Below, in pieces: positions 49,235 through 58,162 of a stretch of DNA of 64,000 nucleotides. The position numbers were made by a program, and so were the translations under genes. The stretch covers positions 71,360 through 135,359 of the forward strand of contig JAZRBV010000026.1 of NCBI GenBank assembly GCA_045635225.1, given 5' to 3'. This DNA comes from Eubacteriales bacterium (GTDB lineage Bacteria; Bacillota; Clostridia; Oscillospirales; CAG-272). The number at the start of each line of letters is the position of its first letter. The stretch's first letter is position 1. The notes beneath the pieces are model-generated. The model was not told the DNA's origin. It saw only the letters and a list, made by a program, of their open reading frames with translations, and did no database searches.

Positions 49235-50785
49235 ATGTCGGAATATAGAGCACTATACAGAAAGTGGCGTCCGAAGGACTTCGACGACGTCTGCGGTCAG
49301 GATGGCACTACCGATATTCTCAAATATGAGGTCGCAAATAATAAGCTCTCTCACGCATATCTCTTCTGCGGCTCGCGTGGAACGGGTAAGACGAGCTGTG
49401 CAAAAATACTTGCAAAGGCCGTTAACTGTGAGAATCCGAGAAACGGAAATCCCTGTAACGAATGTGAGGCGTGCTGCTCGATTGATGCGGGCATTGCCAC
49501 CGACGTTATTGAGATGGACGCGGCGAGCAATAACGGTATCGGCGATGTCAGAGATATGCAGGATGAGATAGCTTTTACTCCCGCAATTTTGAAGTACCGC
49601 GTTTACATCATCGACGAGGTGCATATGATGTCGACCCAGGCGTTTAACGCACTTTTGAAAACGCTTGAGGAGCCTCCGAGCTACGTTATATTCATACTTG
49701 CTACTACAGAATACAATAAGCTTCCTACTACGATCGTTTCGCGTTGCCAGCGATTTGATTTCAAGCGCATACCCACCGCTACTATTATGCAACGCTTGCT
49801 CACTATGTCGGAGCAGGAGGGAATATCTGTAACCGAGGATGCCGCGCGCGTTATCGCACGTATATCGCGCGGAGGTATGCGTGATGCTATCAGCCTTCTC
49901 GAACTCTGTGCCGGTGCAAACGTTCTTATCGATGATCAGCTCGTCTTTGCAACAGTTGGTAGCGGTAATCGTGAAAGCGCATATAAGATTATAAAAGCTA
50001 TTTCTGCCTCGGATTATACTACGATATACGAGGTTATTGACGACATCGTAATGAAAAGCGGTGACTTGTCCGTCTTTTGGCAGGAGATCATAGATTCCTA
50101 TCGCGATATAATGGTCGTCAAAAACAGTAACAAGGCAAAATCCTATCTTGATCTTACCGACGCCGAGTATCAGATGCTCTCCGAGCTTGCCTCCGGTTTA
50201 ACTATGGCGCGTATTTCCTACCAGGTCGGAATTCTCGAGGGTGCTATGGCAGATATGCTACGTGCCTTTAATTCCAAGCGCAGTATCGCGGAAATCGCGC
50301 TGACGCGTATGTGCGATACCAAGCTGTCCACCTCTACTGCCTCTCTTCTTGCCAGAATAGAGGAGCTGGAGCGCGAGGTTTCGATGATAAAACTCGGCGT
50401 GACACCGACTCCCGTTAACGTACAGCCGTCGGCTGTCGCTGTTGTAAAGTCGGCAGAGTCAAGTGTTACGGCTGACAATGCACCCGTTGCGGCGCCTTCA
50501 CGCGAAATGTCTCTTTACGCCGATTGGGGTGCTGTAATATCACGTATAGGCGAGCTGAAAAAATCGCTTGCCGCAGGAATCGCATCGGCATCTGTGTATA
50601 CTGATGGCGCGAATTATATTATTAAGCTCAACGATTTCTTTGCAAAAAAGCTTTCCGGCAGTGAGACTGATATGAAGATCGTACGAGGCGTAATCGCTGA
50701 GTGCGAGCACATTTCGCCGGACAGTGTTAATATTACGGTACAGTCCGCTACTACTAAGCGTGACGGTGATGATTTTGAATTTTAA
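49235..50785 (+). CDS. dnaX: DNA polymerase III subunit gamma/tau
   Basis: YRKWRP..F.DV.GQ, Walker A GSRGTGKTS, a CxxCxxC zinc module, and IIDEVHM. Confidence 0.95.
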   Translation: MSEYRALYRKWRPKDFDDVCGQDGTTDILKYEVANNKLSHAYLFCGSRGTGKTSCAKILAKAVNCENPRNGNPCNECEACCSIDAGIATDVIEMDAASNNGIGDVRDMQDEIAFTPAILKYRVYIIDEVHMMSTQAFNALLKTLEEPPSYVIFILATTEYNKLPTTIVSRCQRFDFKRIPTATIMQRLLTMSEQEGISVTEDAARVIARISRGGMRDAISLLELCAGANVLIDDQLVFATVGSGNRESAYKIIKAISASDYTTIYEVIDDIVMKSGDLSVFWQEIIDSYRDIMVVKNSNKAKSYLDLTDAEYQMLSELASGLTMARISYQVGILEGAMADMLRAFNSKRSIAEIALTRMCDTKLSTSTASLLARIEELEREVSMIKLGVTPTPVNVQPSAVAVVKSAESSVTADNAPVAAPSREMSLYADWGAVISRIGELKKSLAAGIASASVYTDGANYIIKLNDFFAKKLSGSETDMKIVRGVIAECEHISPDSVNITVQSATTKRDGDDFEF

Positions 50786-50803
50786 ATAATAGGGAGATAA
50801 ATT

Positions 50804-51151
50804 ATGAAAGTCAGATTACCTCAGGGAATGGGCGGTGGTCCCGCCAATATGCAGTCGATGCTCAAGCAGGCACAGAAAATGCAGGAGGATATGGCTACAA
50901 AGCAGGCAGAGCTCGAGGCGTGTGAGTACGATATTTCCGCAGGTGGCGGAGTAGTTAACGTAAAGATCAACGGTAAGAAGGAGATCCTCTCCGTGAAGCT
51001 CGCCGAGGAGATCGTTGACCCGGATGATATTGAGACTCTCGAGGATCTTATCGTTGCCGCTATAAACGAGTCTATCAAGAAGGTAGAAACCGTAAATAGC
51101 GAGGAGATGTCAAAGATCACGGGTGCTATGAATATCCCCGGTATGTTCTGA
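50804..51151 (+). CDS. ybaB: YbaB/EbfC-family nucleoid-associated protein
   Basis: NMQSMLKQAQKMQEDM...GGG.V.V..NG......K...E.VDP.D.E.LEDL. Sits in the dnaX-ybaB-recR synteny. Confidence 0.92.
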   Translation: MKVRLPQGMGGGPANMQSMLKQAQKMQEDMATKQAELEACEYDISAGGGVVNVKINGKKEILSVKLAEEIVDPDDIETLEDLIVAAINESIKKVETVNSEEMSKITGAMNIPGMF

Positions 51152-51155
51152 TATT

Positions 51156-51764
51156 ATGGCGGATTATATTGCACCGATCCAACGTCTCGTGGAGGAGTTT
51201 CGCAAGCTCCCCGGCGTTGGAGCAAAGACCGCTGCGAGATATGCGTTTGCGGTTCTTAATCTATCAGATGATGAGGCGGCGCGCTTTGCCGATGCGATAA
51301 ACGGTATCAAGCGTGACGTGCACAGATGCCCGATCTGCTTCGGACTTTCGCAGGATCCTCTGGCGTGCGACATTTGCTCCTCCGGTACTAGGGACAGATC
51401 TGTCGTGTGCGTCGTCGAGAATGCGAAGGACGTTATGGTTATGGAGAAGGTGCGCGGTTACCGCGGCGTATATCACGTGCTGGGAGGTGCTCTCTCACCG
51501 CTCGATAACGTCACGCCCGACAATCTCACTTTGAAGGAACTGAAGAACAGGGTTGAGGACGGCGATATAGCAGAGATAATTATTGCTACTAACCCGACCC
51601 CCAGCGGCGATACTACTGCGGCGTATATAGCCAGAATTCTCGAGCCGTACGATATACGCATCTCGAGACTTGCATACGGAATACCTGTAGGCGGTGACAT
51701 AGAGTATGCTGACGAGGTGACACTCTACCGTGCCATGGAGGGCAGACGCTACTTCAACGATTAA
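51156..51764 (+). CDS. recR: Recombination protein RecR
   Basis: LPGVGAKTA.R.AF, a C4 zinc finger (CPICFGLS....CDIC), and a Toprim region. Confidence 0.95.
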   Translation: MADYIAPIQRLVEEFRKLPGVGAKTAARYAFAVLNLSDDEAARFADAINGIKRDVHRCPICFGLSQDPLACDICSSGTRDRSVVCVVENAKDVMVMEKVRGYRGVYHVLGGALSPLDNVTPDNLTLKELKNRVEDGDIAEIIIATNPTPSGDTTAAYIARILEPYDIRISRLAYGIPVGGDIEYADEVTLYRAMEGRRYFND

Positions 51765-51777
51765 AATTCAATAGTTT

Positions 51778-51822
51778 AGAGGCTGTCTCAGATGCATTTT
51801 GCATTTGAGCAGCCTCTTTTTT
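51778..51822 (+). terminator. Rho-independent terminator after recR
   Basis: A long hairpin (AGAGGCTG...CAGCCTCT) followed by TTTTTT. Confidence 0.75.
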
Positions 51823-51877
51823 ACATATGCGCTACAGCTATGTCAGCATCGCGGAATGTTGAGGATACCTTATTTTA

Positions 51878-52651
51878 TCATATTGCCATGCACTTATACT
51901 TGAGCCGCAGATTGTCGGCTATCATAGCGATAAATTCAGAATTTGTGGGCTTTCCGCGGCTATTCTGAATGGTGTATCCGAAATAAGAGTTCAGTGTATC
52001 CACATCTCCTCTATCCCATGCTACCTCTATCGCGTGCCTTATAGCTCGTTCAACGCGTGATGTCGTAGTCTGATACTTTTTAGCGACCGCGGGGTAAAGT
52101 ATTTTCGTGACGGAATTGATAATGTCGTTATCCTCTATCGTCATAAGTATCGCCGTTCTCAGATACTGATATCCCTTGATATGTGCGGGCACGCCGATCT
52201 GATGTATGATCTTGGTTACCTGCGCCTCCATAGTAGAGGTCAGGGAATCGTTTCCCGCATCCGATCGTGAGCTTCTCATTTTAATCAACGAGGCTATATG
52301 AGATACGAGAGAGGTGGGGTCAAACGGCTTCAACAGACAAACGTCTGCGCCCGCATCGGAGGCATCCATGAGGACACTCTGCTTATTGACGGGCGAGGTG
52401 ATAATGAATGCGGGCAGGGTGGCATGAGCTATTTTGCGCGCTGCTCGTATTATTCCTATACCGTCAATGCCGGATACCCAAAGATCGAGGATCGCAACAT
52501 CATATACAGTGCTCGACAGTCTCTCAAGAGCGATATCGCCGTTCGTCGCCTCGTCGATGCTTCGATACCCATGCTTATTCAGAGCATCCGTCAGTTTTTT
52601 CCTTTCCTCAGCACTTTCGTTACAGATAAGTATTTTTGCGTTTGTTTCCAT
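51878..52651 (-). CDS. spo0A: Sporulation master response regulator Spo0A
   Basis: Receiver domain, plus the Spo0A-specific C-terminus ([15 protein letters not shown]........[31 protein letters not shown]). Confidence 0.96.
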   Translation of the reverse strand: METNAKILICNESAEERKKLTDALNKHGYRSIDEATNGDIALERLSSTVYDVAILDLWVSGIDGIGIIRAARKIAHATLPAFIITSPVNKQSVLMDASDAGADVCLLKPFDPTSLVSHIASLIKMRSSRSDAGNDSLTSTMEAQVTKIIHQIGVPAHIKGYQYLRTAILMTIEDNDIINSVTKILYPAVAKKYQTTTSRVERAIRHAIEVAWDRGDVDTLNSYFGYTIQNSRGKPTNSEFIAMIADNLRLKYKCMAI

Positions 52652-52916
52652 TGCTTTATTCTCCTTGTTGTGATAATTAAATGGTAAATTATGGTAATTT
52701 AGCGAAGCAACATCATTTTACCACAAAATGCGATGGAAAATCAAGAGGTAAATTAGCGAAAAGTTTCACAAAAATTTAATGTCAAATATGGTAAAATTTA
52801 CCAAATCAGAATATACTTTTACAAATTATGACCGACAGCGACAGAACTAGACAAGTACGGCTTTTGCACAAGTAACGTAAATAAGAGGCGGCGTTTTCCA
52901 AAATTACGATTAAATA

Positions 52917-52945
52917 TTGACAATATCCGATTTCGAATGTATAAT
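52917..52945 (+). promoter_or_regulatory. Sigma-A type promoter upstream of the 2-hydroxyacid dehydrogenase gene
   Basis: TTGACA, a 17-nt spacer, then TATAAT. Confidence 0.6.
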
Positions 52946-52973
52946 AGTTACATCAAGATATTGTGAGGTAGTT

Positions 52974-53924
52974 ATGAAAATCAAGGTTTTAGATAGAATT
53001 GCGCTCGGCATGGATACGCCGATCGACGTGCTCAATAGTCTCGGCGAGGTGACCGTATACGATTCCACATCTCCGGACCTTGTTGCAGAGAGATGTAAGG
53101 ACGCCGATGTCGTAGTCCTGAATAAGGTTAAGATAACTGCGGATGTTTTGAGAGCGGCAGAGCATCTTAAGCTTGTTTGCGTATTTGCTACGGGATTTGA
53201 TAATATTGACGTAGCATGTGCCCGCGAGCTCGGTATAGCAGTATGTAATGTCCCCGGTTATTCCTCGGAAAGTGTCGCGCTCTATACTTCGGCGACGCTT
53301 CTCGCATTGACGACGCGCATTTTCGAGCATAACTCATTTGTACGTAGCGGTGAATACACATTATCCGGTTCTCCTAACAGACTTACACCGGTCTTCCACG
53401 AGCTTGGAGGTAAAACGTGGGGTATCGTCGGATATGGCGGAATAGGTAAGGCGGTTGCTAAGATAGCTACGGCTTTTGGAACTCGTGTTATTGTAAACAA
53501 ACGTACCCCTGTTGACGGCGTCAGATGCGTGGATATCGACACGCTCTGCCGAGAGAGTGATATCATAACTCTCCACTGTCCTTTAAACGACGGTACACGT
53601 GGTCTCATCAATGCAGAACGTATCGCTATGATGAAGCCTAACGTTATTATAATAAATGAAGCAAGAGGCGCCGTCATTGATGAACGTGATCTCGCTAGTG
53701 CAGTAAAGGAAGGGCGCATCGGTGCGTTTGGTTGCGACGTTTATAGCATTGAGCCCTTTGGCACAGATCACCCATATTATGAGATAAAGGATATGCCTAA
53801 CGTCCTTCTAACCCCTCATTCTGCGTGGGGCGCATATGAAGCGAGAGAACGGTGCATCAATATAATAGCTGATAATATTAGCGCGTATTATAACGGAAAA
53901 ATTTTAAATCGCGTAGATATTTAA
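52974..53924 (+). CDS. D-isomer-specific 2-hydroxyacid dehydrogenase (glycerate/hydroxypyruvate reductase-like)
   Basis: NAD motif GIVGYGGIGKAVA and catalytic region ...N.ARG..ID...L.......I.GA..DV...EP...........N...TPH.AW. Confidence 0.88.
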   Translation: MKIKVLDRIALGMDTPIDVLNSLGEVTVYDSTSPDLVAERCKDADVVVLNKVKITADVLRAAEHLKLVCVFATGFDNIDVACARELGIAVCNVPGYSSESVALYTSATLLALTTRIFEHNSFVRSGEYTLSGSPNRLTPVFHELGGKTWGIVGYGGIGKAVAKIATAFGTRVIVNKRTPVDGVRCVDIDTLCRESDIITLHCPLNDGTRGLINAERIAMMKPNVIIINEARGAVIDERDLASAVKEGRIGAFGCDVYSIEPFGTDHPYYEIKDMPNVLLTPHSAWGAYEARERCINIIADNISAYYNGKILNRVDI

Positions 53925-53978
53925 AAGCAGAAAAAGGACTGAGTACTCAGTCCTTTTTCTGCTTAAGTTATATCGGCA

Positions 53979-55151
53979 TCAGCCTCTGTCTACGGTGATA
54001 ACGCAGAAGCAATCCGCTCTCTTTTTATTTACGGCATCCGATACCGCATCGACTATTTCACCCTCGGAGATCTTAACGTCGAACGGCACGACTATATCGA
54101 ATATTAGATTGGTGTGTGTATTTCCTACAACGACACGGAAGTCGTGCACGTCATATACGTATCCCAGCTCCTCCATAGTTGATATCAAAAACGTCTTAAG
54201 CTCGTTGCAGGTCTCGTCATCTGTGACTATAGGATCCATATGTATAGTGCAGAGTATGCCAAGCTCGTTTTTGATCTGTCGCTCAACGTTATCTATCATA
54301 TCGTGAAGTTCGTATATATCATCCTTGCCGTCAACCTCTGCGTGCAGTGATGCGATGAAGTTTTTAGGTCCGTAATTATGGACCATCAGATCGTGTATAC
54401 CGATGACAGCAGGGTACTCGGCAACCACTCTCTTGATGGCATCAACGGTTTCCTCGACGGGCGCCTCACCGAGCAGTGCGTTTTTCGTCTCATTCAGTAT
54501 TTTGAGTCCTGCGACGATTATGAGTATCGAGACGGCAACACCTACGATGGCGTCTATCAGATACCATTCAGTGAACTTGATTATTATAGTTGAGACAAGC
54601 ACCGCCGTAGTGGACAGAGTATCAGAGAAGGAATCCATCGCTGCTGCCTTTATGACCGAGGAATCGATCAGCTTTGCGGCGCGTAAATAGAATATGCCGA
54701 GCAGTAGCTTCAATACGATAGAGATCGAGAGAATTATTATCGGCAATAGCGTCAGTGTCTTTGCCTCGGACTCCGTGAGACCCAGTATGAGCTTACCGGA
54801 GCTTGAGAAAAGCTCGAAGCCTACGAGCAATATGATGAAAGATACCACCATAGAGGCGATATATTCCATTCTCGCGTGTCCAAATGGGTGATCCTTATCC
54901 GCGGGCTTTGACGATAGCTTGAAGCTTATGAGTGTTATAAGCGAGGAGCCTGCATCCGATAAATTATTGAAGGCGTCAGCCATGATCGCAACCGAGCTGC
55001 TTAACAGACCCGCGATAAGCTTTATTCCAGCGAGCAAAATGTTGGCGCCGATGCCGATGGCACTCGTTGCGCTTCCGTACGCCTTTCTTTTATCCGCTTC
55101 AACGGAGCGGTTTTTCTTATTGATAAATAAATTAAGAATCTTTTCTGTCAT
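53979..55151 (-). CDS. Cation diffusion facilitator family transporter
   Basis: Six TM segments, AD..HN-like/ADAFNNLSD, and DS.SD motifs, plus a C-terminal cytoplasmic domain. Confidence 0.88.
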   Translation of the reverse strand: MTEKILNLFINKKNRSVEADKRKAYGSATSAIGIGANILLAGIKLIAGLLSSSVAIMADAFNNLSDAGSSLITLISFKLSSKPADKDHPFGHARMEYIASMVVSFIILLVGFELFSSSGKLILGLTESEAKTLTLLPIIILSISIVLKLLLGIFYLRAAKLIDSSVIKAAAMDSFSDTLSTTAVLVSTIIIKFTEWYLIDAIVGVAVSILIIVAGLKILNETKNALLGEAPVEETVDAIKRVVAEYPAVIGIHDLMVHNYGPKNFIASLHAEVDGKDDIYELHDMIDNVERQIKNELGILCTIHMDPIVTDDETCNELKTFLISTMEELGYVYDVHDFRVVVGNTHTNLIFDIVVPFDVKISEGEIVDAVSDAVNKKRADCFCVITVDRG

Positions 55152-55226
55152 TTTACACCTTTACGGTATTTACTTTTTTGTCGTTTTGTGTTAGAATAGT
55201 GTATACATTAAATTCGAGGATCGGTT

Positions 55227-55565
55227 ATGAGATACAGTACGGTAGATTTACAGGTTAAAAAGAATGACGGGGTAGCCCCGGAGATCATGTTTCTGATAGC
55301 TTCGGAGCGAGTGTCAGGCACGGAGCTTTTATGCTTCAACCTTCCGCAGGATGACGATGAGGCGGTTGAGCGCCGTCTTGCAATGCAAGCCATCAGGACT
55401 CTCAAAGAGATGAAGGGAAGAGGGGCGATACAGCTCTACGCGACACGCGACTCGTTTGTCGCCTTGACTACTGAGGCACAGTATCTGATAAATAAATATC
55501 CGGAGCTGTTTGAGGATGTGGATTACGGACAGATGAGCGACCGCGCGCTTTACGTAAAGCTCTGA
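55227..55565 (+). CDS. Hypothetical protein
   Basis: 112-aa ORF with host-like composition. No family recognised. Confidence 0.45.
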   Translation: MRYSTVDLQVKKNDGVAPEIMFLIASERVSGTELLCFNLPQDDDEAVERRLAMQAIRTLKEMKGRGAIQLYATRDSFVALTTEAQYLINKYPELFEDVDYGQMSDRALYVKL

Positions 55566-55625
55566 CGATTTGCATCTAAATATTAATTAAAGGTTGCTAT
55601 TTCGCATAGCAACCTTTATATATTA

Positions 55626-55850
55626 TTACTTCTGAGCTTCCAAATAGCGAACAACGTCTCCAACAGTGTTGAAGTTGTGAAGCTCCTCATCATCAATAAC
55701 AACGTTGAATCTTTCTTCGCAGAGATAAACAAGGTCTGCAAGTTCGAGAGAATTGATACCAAGATCTCCGGCAAGCTCTGCTTCCATCGTAACGTCATCA
55801 GGGTTGACACGAAGCTCTTCGACCAAAAACTTCTTTAAATTTTCAAACAT
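55626..55850 (-). CDS. Acyl carrier protein-like, stand-alone
   Basis: 74 aa. The phosphopantetheine attachment region is DLGINSLELADLV, so the Ser is conserved but reads NSL rather than DSL. Confidence 0.8.
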   Translation of the reverse strand: MFENLKKFLVEELRVNPDDVTMEAELAGDLGINSLELADLVYLCEERFNVVIDDEELHNFNTVGDVVRYLEAQK

Positions 55851-56102
55851 AACTACCCTCCTTTACTTTAAACGAATGTGTAAAACCTTAATTATAATAC
55901 TATATCTTTGCTGTTTTGTCAATACTTTTTTTGAAAAATAAGGCGTATTGATACCTAAAAAAGTGAAAAATGTCGTAAAATAATGAACAAAACAGACTAA
56001 ACGCAACTTAAATTTTGCTATTCATTAAATTTTATGTATAGCCGTTGACATTTATTCCTGACTGTGATATCATAAAAGTGATAAAAATTACAGGAGGTAA
56101 AT

Positions 56103-56531
56103 ATGACTTACGGTTGGATTTGGGTCGCTGTTATCGTTATCGCCATCGTGGTCGAGCTTCTTACCGATCAGCTTGTTTCAATTTGGTTTGTGCCTGCGGG
56201 AATAGTTGCTACAGTGCTTGATTTTTGCGATGTCGGTATCGTTTGGCAAACACTGGTATTTTTTGCCGTTGCAGCCGTTGGTGTTATACTTGCGAAGACT
56301 GTATTCTTCAAGGGTAGAATTGCCGGCAGAGCAAAAACAAATATTGACGCGATAATCGGCGAGAGATGCATCGTTACCGAGCGCATCGACAATTACGCTG
56401 GCTGTGGCCAGGCGAGAGTTAACGGACAGATCTGGTCTGCACGCGGTGCTTACGACGACGATGTTTTTGAGGTCGGCGAAGTACTTAACGTAGTGGCGAT
56501 CGAGGGCGTTAAGCTCATTTGTAAAAAGTAA
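56103..56531 (+). CDS. NfeD-family membrane protein
   Basis: N-terminal TM segments plus a C-terminal OB-like domain (G.A.V.GQIWSAR.......G..V.VV..EG..L.V). Precedes the SPFH gene. Confidence 0.85.
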   Translation: MTYGWIWVAVIVIAIVVELLTDQLVSIWFVPAGIVATVLDFCDVGIVWQTLVFFAVAAVGVILAKTVFFKGRIAGRAKTNIDAIIGERCIVTERIDNYAGCGQARVNGQIWSARGAYDDDVFEVGEVLNVVAIEGVKLICKK

Positions 56532-56566
56532 TCGTATTAATTTTTATAATCAAAGGAGAGAGTATC

Positions 56567-57529
56567 ATGTATCCTATGCAGGCATTACTCGAGCAGTCGT
56601 CGGGGCCCCTCGTCTTCGTGCTCGTTCTTCTTGCTATAATCGTTGGAATTCTAATTTCGAGTATCAAGATCGTTTCGCAGGCGACAGCGCAGGTCATCGA
56701 GCGACTTGGCAGTTACAGTAAGACGTGGTCTACCGGCGTACATTTTCTTATTCCCTTCGTAGAGAAGGTAGCTAAGAAGATAACGCTTATGGAACAGGTT
56801 GTAGATTTCCCGCCTCAGCCCGTTATCACCAAGGATAACGTAAGAATGCAGATAGACACCGTCGTATTTTATCAGATAACTGACTGTAAGCTTTACACTT
56901 ACGGTGTAACCAATCCGCTTATGGCTATTGAGAATCTTACCGCGACAACTCTTCGTAATATTATCGGCGAGCTTGATCTTGATCAGACTCTTACCTCGCG
57001 CGATATCATAAACACAAAGATGCGCGCCATTCTCGACGAAGCTACCGACCCGTGGGGCATTAAGGTGAACAGAGTTGAGCTCAAGAACATCATTCCGCCG
57101 AAGGAAATTCAGGATGCTATGGAGAAGCAGATGAAGGCTGAGCGTGAGCGCCGTGAGCAGATACTTAAGGCTGAGGGTGAGAAGAATTCTACCATCCTTA
57201 TCGCCGAGGGTCAGAAGCAGCAGCTTATTCTTGCGGCTGAGGCAGAGAAGGAGTCGTCCATTCTCCGCGCAGAGGCGGCAAGGATCGCTAAGATTAAGGA
57301 GGCAGAGGGTGAAGCCGATGCTATTCTTAAGATCCAGGAGGCAACAGCTCAGGGTATCAGAATGATAAACGAGGCAAACCCCTCCAATGCGGTCATCACC
57401 ATCAAGAGCCTCGAGGCGTTTGAGAAGGCGGCAGACGGCAAGGCAACCAAGATCATCATTCCCTCGAATATTCAGGGACTTGCAGGTCTTGCCAATGCGA
57501 TCACCGAATCGGTTTCCGCACCGCAGTAA
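56567..57529 (+). CDS. SPFH/Band 7 (stomatin-like) protein
   Basis: VIERLG.Y......G.HF.IPF...........Q.....PQ.VITKDNV....D.VV.YQI, plus a C-terminal coiled-coil rich in EAE/AEG. Confidence 0.92.
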   Translation: MYPMQALLEQSSGPLVFVLVLLAIIVGILISSIKIVSQATAQVIERLGSYSKTWSTGVHFLIPFVEKVAKKITLMEQVVDFPPQPVITKDNVRMQIDTVVFYQITDCKLYTYGVTNPLMAIENLTATTLRNIIGELDLDQTLTSRDIINTKMRAILDEATDPWGIKVNRVELKNIIPPKEIQDAMEKQMKAERERREQILKAEGEKNSTILIAEGQKQQLILAAEAEKESSILRAEAARIAKIKEAEGEADAILKIQEATAQGIRMINEANPSNAVITIKSLEAFEKAADGKATKIIIPSNIQGLAGLANAITESVSAPQ

Positions 57530-57559
57530 TCCGCTCCCGGCGCGAACTAATAAAAAACT

Positions 57560-57588
57560 AAGGCACGGCTCCGCCGTGCCTTTGATTT
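57560..57588 (+). terminator. Rho-independent terminator after nfeD-SPFH
   Basis: AAGGCACGG/CCGTGCCTT stem followed by TTGATTT. Confidence 0.7.
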
Positions 57589-57594
57589 ACACTA

Positions 57595-57846
57595 TTGTAC
57601 GTAGTGTCACTTTACGACAAGGCAAAGACTCTGCCTCTGTCGGATATGTACGGCAAGAATCTGACCTTCAAGATCTGCGGCGTTGACGGTTGCGATTGCG
57701 AGGAAACGCTGAAGCTCATTGCCGAGGGCAAGCTCGATACCGAGCCGCTGATCACGCATACCTATCCGCTTGCGAAGATAGACGAGGCATACGAGCTGTT
57801 TGAAAATAAACGCGACGGAGTTATTAAGGTCGCGGTGGAGTGGTAA
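57595..57846 (+). pseudogene. C-terminal remnant of a zinc-dependent (MDR-family) alcohol/polyol dehydrogenase
   Basis: Only about 80 codons. ...GKNLTFKICGVDGCDCEETLKLIAEGKLDTEPLITHTYPLAKIDEAYELFENKRDGVIKVAVEW is the typical extreme C-terminus of roughly 340-aa MDR dehydrogenases. No N-terminal catalytic or NAD-binding part is present, and the fragment starts right after the upstream terminator. Confidence 0.75.
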
Positions 57847-57919
57847 ATATTATAGCGGCACTGTATTTAATGTCCGCTCTTTTTCATTTTATATATCCAA
57901 AACGGATAGTTTTAAGATG

Positions 57920-57948
57920 TTGACAAAGATACCATAATGTGATATAAT
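57920..57948 (+). promoter_or_regulatory. Consensus sigma-A promoter of the islet operon
   Basis: TTGACA (57920-57925), a 17-nt spacer, then TATAAT (57943-57948) with TGa immediately upstream (extended -10). Confidence 0.7.
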
Positions 57949-57954
57949 GAGCAC

Positions 57955-58140
57955 ACAAGAAGGCGGTATGGGTATTTAAACGGTCGGACATAAAACAAGC
58001 GTATTTGACATTGGCTATGCAAGTGGTCTCTGTCAAATGAGAGTGATTTATGTAACGCATTTTAATTACTTGTGCCCGATAGTAGCGCACGGGATACGTG
58101 GGCTTTGTCGGGCTATACTTATACCTTCTTGTAGAAATTA
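57955..58140 (+). promoter_or_regulatory. Long structured 5' leader (or separate small RNA) upstream of the RNase III-like gene
   Basis: Hand pairing of 57955-57975 (ACAAGAAGGCGGTATGGGTAT) with 58115-58132 (ATACTTATACCTTCTTGT) gives 9 bp, a 3-nt bulge, then 9 bp including two G-U pairs. An internal palindrome TTTGACA (58004-58010) / TGTCAAA (58031-58037) is also present. No convincing ORF. Confidence 0.45.
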
Positions 58141-58162
58141 CTATAAGGAGGTTGTTTTTATT

